A program made the translations under genes and the position numbers. A stretch of DNA of 64,000 bases from positions 28,679 through 92,678 of the forward strand of contig DAHUYQ010000010.1 in NCBI GenBank assembly GCA_027315115.1, read 5' to 3'. Every line of letters begins with the position of its first letter. The first letter of the stretch is position 1. The stretch comes from Solirubrobacterales bacterium (lineage in GTDB: Bacteria; Actinomycetota; Thermoleophilia; Solirubrobacterales; Solirubrobacteraceae). This document shows positions 62,833-64,000 of this stretch, one piece after another. The notes beneath the pieces are model-generated. The model worked only from the letters and a program-made list of their open reading frames with translations, had not been told where the DNA came from and searched no databases.

Positions 62833-64000
62833 ATGGGCAAGGTGGACGTTGTTGTGATCGGCGCCGGAGCGGCGGGGTTGACGGCCGCGGCGCTGCTGGC
62901 CAAGGAGGGCCGCAGCGTGAGCGTCGTTGAGGCCAGTCCCTGGCTCGGCGGTCGCGGCATGGCGGTGCCGGAGGAGGGCTTCCGGCTCAACCTCGGCGGT
63001 CATCTGCTGGAGGACAGCGGTGGCGGCCTCACGAAGGTCTTCGAGTACCTCGGTCGCAAGCTCGGCCACGGGGCCTCCAACAGCGACATGGTCGTCTGGG
63101 ACCACGAGCATGACCGCTGGGGCTCGATCAGGGACCGCTACTCGGGCGAGAAGTCGGAGCTCAAGAAGGTCATCAAAGTGTTGCTGGACACACCCTACGA
63201 GGAGCTCGACCGCCTCGACGACCAGCCGATGCGCGCGTGGCTCTCCAAGTACACCAGCGATCAGGGGGTCTTCGACCTCTTCGAGTTCATCGCGGTGCTG
63301 GAGTGCATGACCGACGACTGGTGGGACCACTCCGCCTCGGACAACCTGATCTGCCGCAAGATGCACTACGAAGAGGCGGGCAGAGCCGCGTACTCCTTCT
63401 GGCCTGAGGGCGGCTGGGACGGGCTCTTCCAGGAGCTCCATGACGCGGTGATCGAGAACGGCGGGCAGGTGCTGATGGGCACGCCGGTGGAGACCGTGAT
63501 CATCGAGAACGGCGAGGTCAAGGGCGTGCGCCTGGGTCGGGAAAAGGTGCTGCCCAACGAGATCCTGGAGGGCGAGGTGCTGGAGGCCGACTGCGTGATC
63601 TCCACCCTGCCCGTGTGGAACGTTCTGCGCGTCGTGCCCGAGAGCCTGCTGCCGGACTGGTACTCCGCGCAGATCCGCTTCCTGGCCGCCGATCATCTGC
63701 GCATCTCCTGGCTTGGCCTCTACATGGCCACCAAGGAGCCCGTCCACATCAACAGCGAGCACGAGCTCGCGACCTGGTTGCACGCGCCCACCAGCCGGAT
63801 CTCGGGCTTCTTCTTCAACCAGACCGCGATGGACCCCACGACCTCCCCGGCCGGCACCAACCTCTATGTCTGCGGCGGGATGATCCCGGGCTCCAAGGCT
63901 CGCGACATGCAGTACGTGCAGCGCATGTTCGAGGCCTTCGAAGCCGACTTGAAGGTGATGTACCCCGGTCTGGAGGGCACCTACTGGCGCCGGCGTCACC
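62833..64000 (+). CDS. FAD-dependent oxidoreductase (phytoene desaturase/amine oxidase superfamily), runs off the window
   Basis: Manual translation MGKVDVVVIGAGAAGLTAAALLAKEG..VEA..LGGR..., WPEGGWDGL; absent from the ORF track because there is no stop in the window. Confidence 0.85.
   Translation, partial: MGKVDVVVIGAGAAGLTAAALLAKEGRSVSVVEASPWLGGRGMAVPEEGFRLNLGGHLLEDSGGGLTKVFEYLGRKLGHGASNSDMVVWDHEHDRWGSIRDRYSGEKSELKKVIKVLLDTPYEELDRLDDQPMRAWLSKYTSDQGVFDLFEFIAVLECMTDDWWDHSASDNLICRKMHYEEAGRAAYSFWPEGGWDGLFQELHDAVIENGGQVLMGTPVETVIIENGEVKGVRLGREKVLPNEILEGEVLEADCVISTLPVWNVLRVVPESLLPDWYSAQIRFLAADHLRISWLGLYMATKEPVHINSEHELATWLHAPTSRISGFFFNQTAMDPTTSPAGTNLYVCGGMIPGSKARDMQYVQRMFEAFEADLKVMYPGLEGTYWRRRH

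Overview
High-GC bacterial DNA, most likely an actinomycete (inferred from composition and gene content, not verified). 1-10 kb is a mixed accessory region. It has an F420-type nitroreductase, an ABC-2 exporter, tRNA-Ser(CGA) followed by three toxin-antitoxin modules joined by conserved repeats, an AraC/VOC pair, an FMN reductase, a heliorhodopsin, tRNA-Arg(ACG) and a small-ORF/AAA/VWA unit. From about 10.8 kb to the end is one large catabolic/redox island. It carries acyl-CoA enzymes, two APH-type kinases, two LLM oxidoreductases, two branched-chain-type ABC importers with fused permeases, and a complete mycofactocin cluster (mftR, mftABCDE-SDR-mftF) with four mycofactocin-type SDRs. It also has an OYE/FadH enzyme, a reductive-dehalogenase-like Fe-S protein and a TPP-dependent dehydrogenase with a split E2. 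Best leads: (1) the AAA and VWA ORFs lie in one reading frame separated only by a single TGA and a start-less 75-codon linker, suggesting readthrough; (2) a tRNA-anchored, cassette-like TA array with GCAAC-N16-GTTGC junctions; (3) a nine-site TTGK-N8-MCAA palindrome regulon; (4) the RdhA-like protein and the split E2 sitting beside mycofactocin genes. All product calls come from motifs read by eye; no database search was run. Start codons are best guesses.
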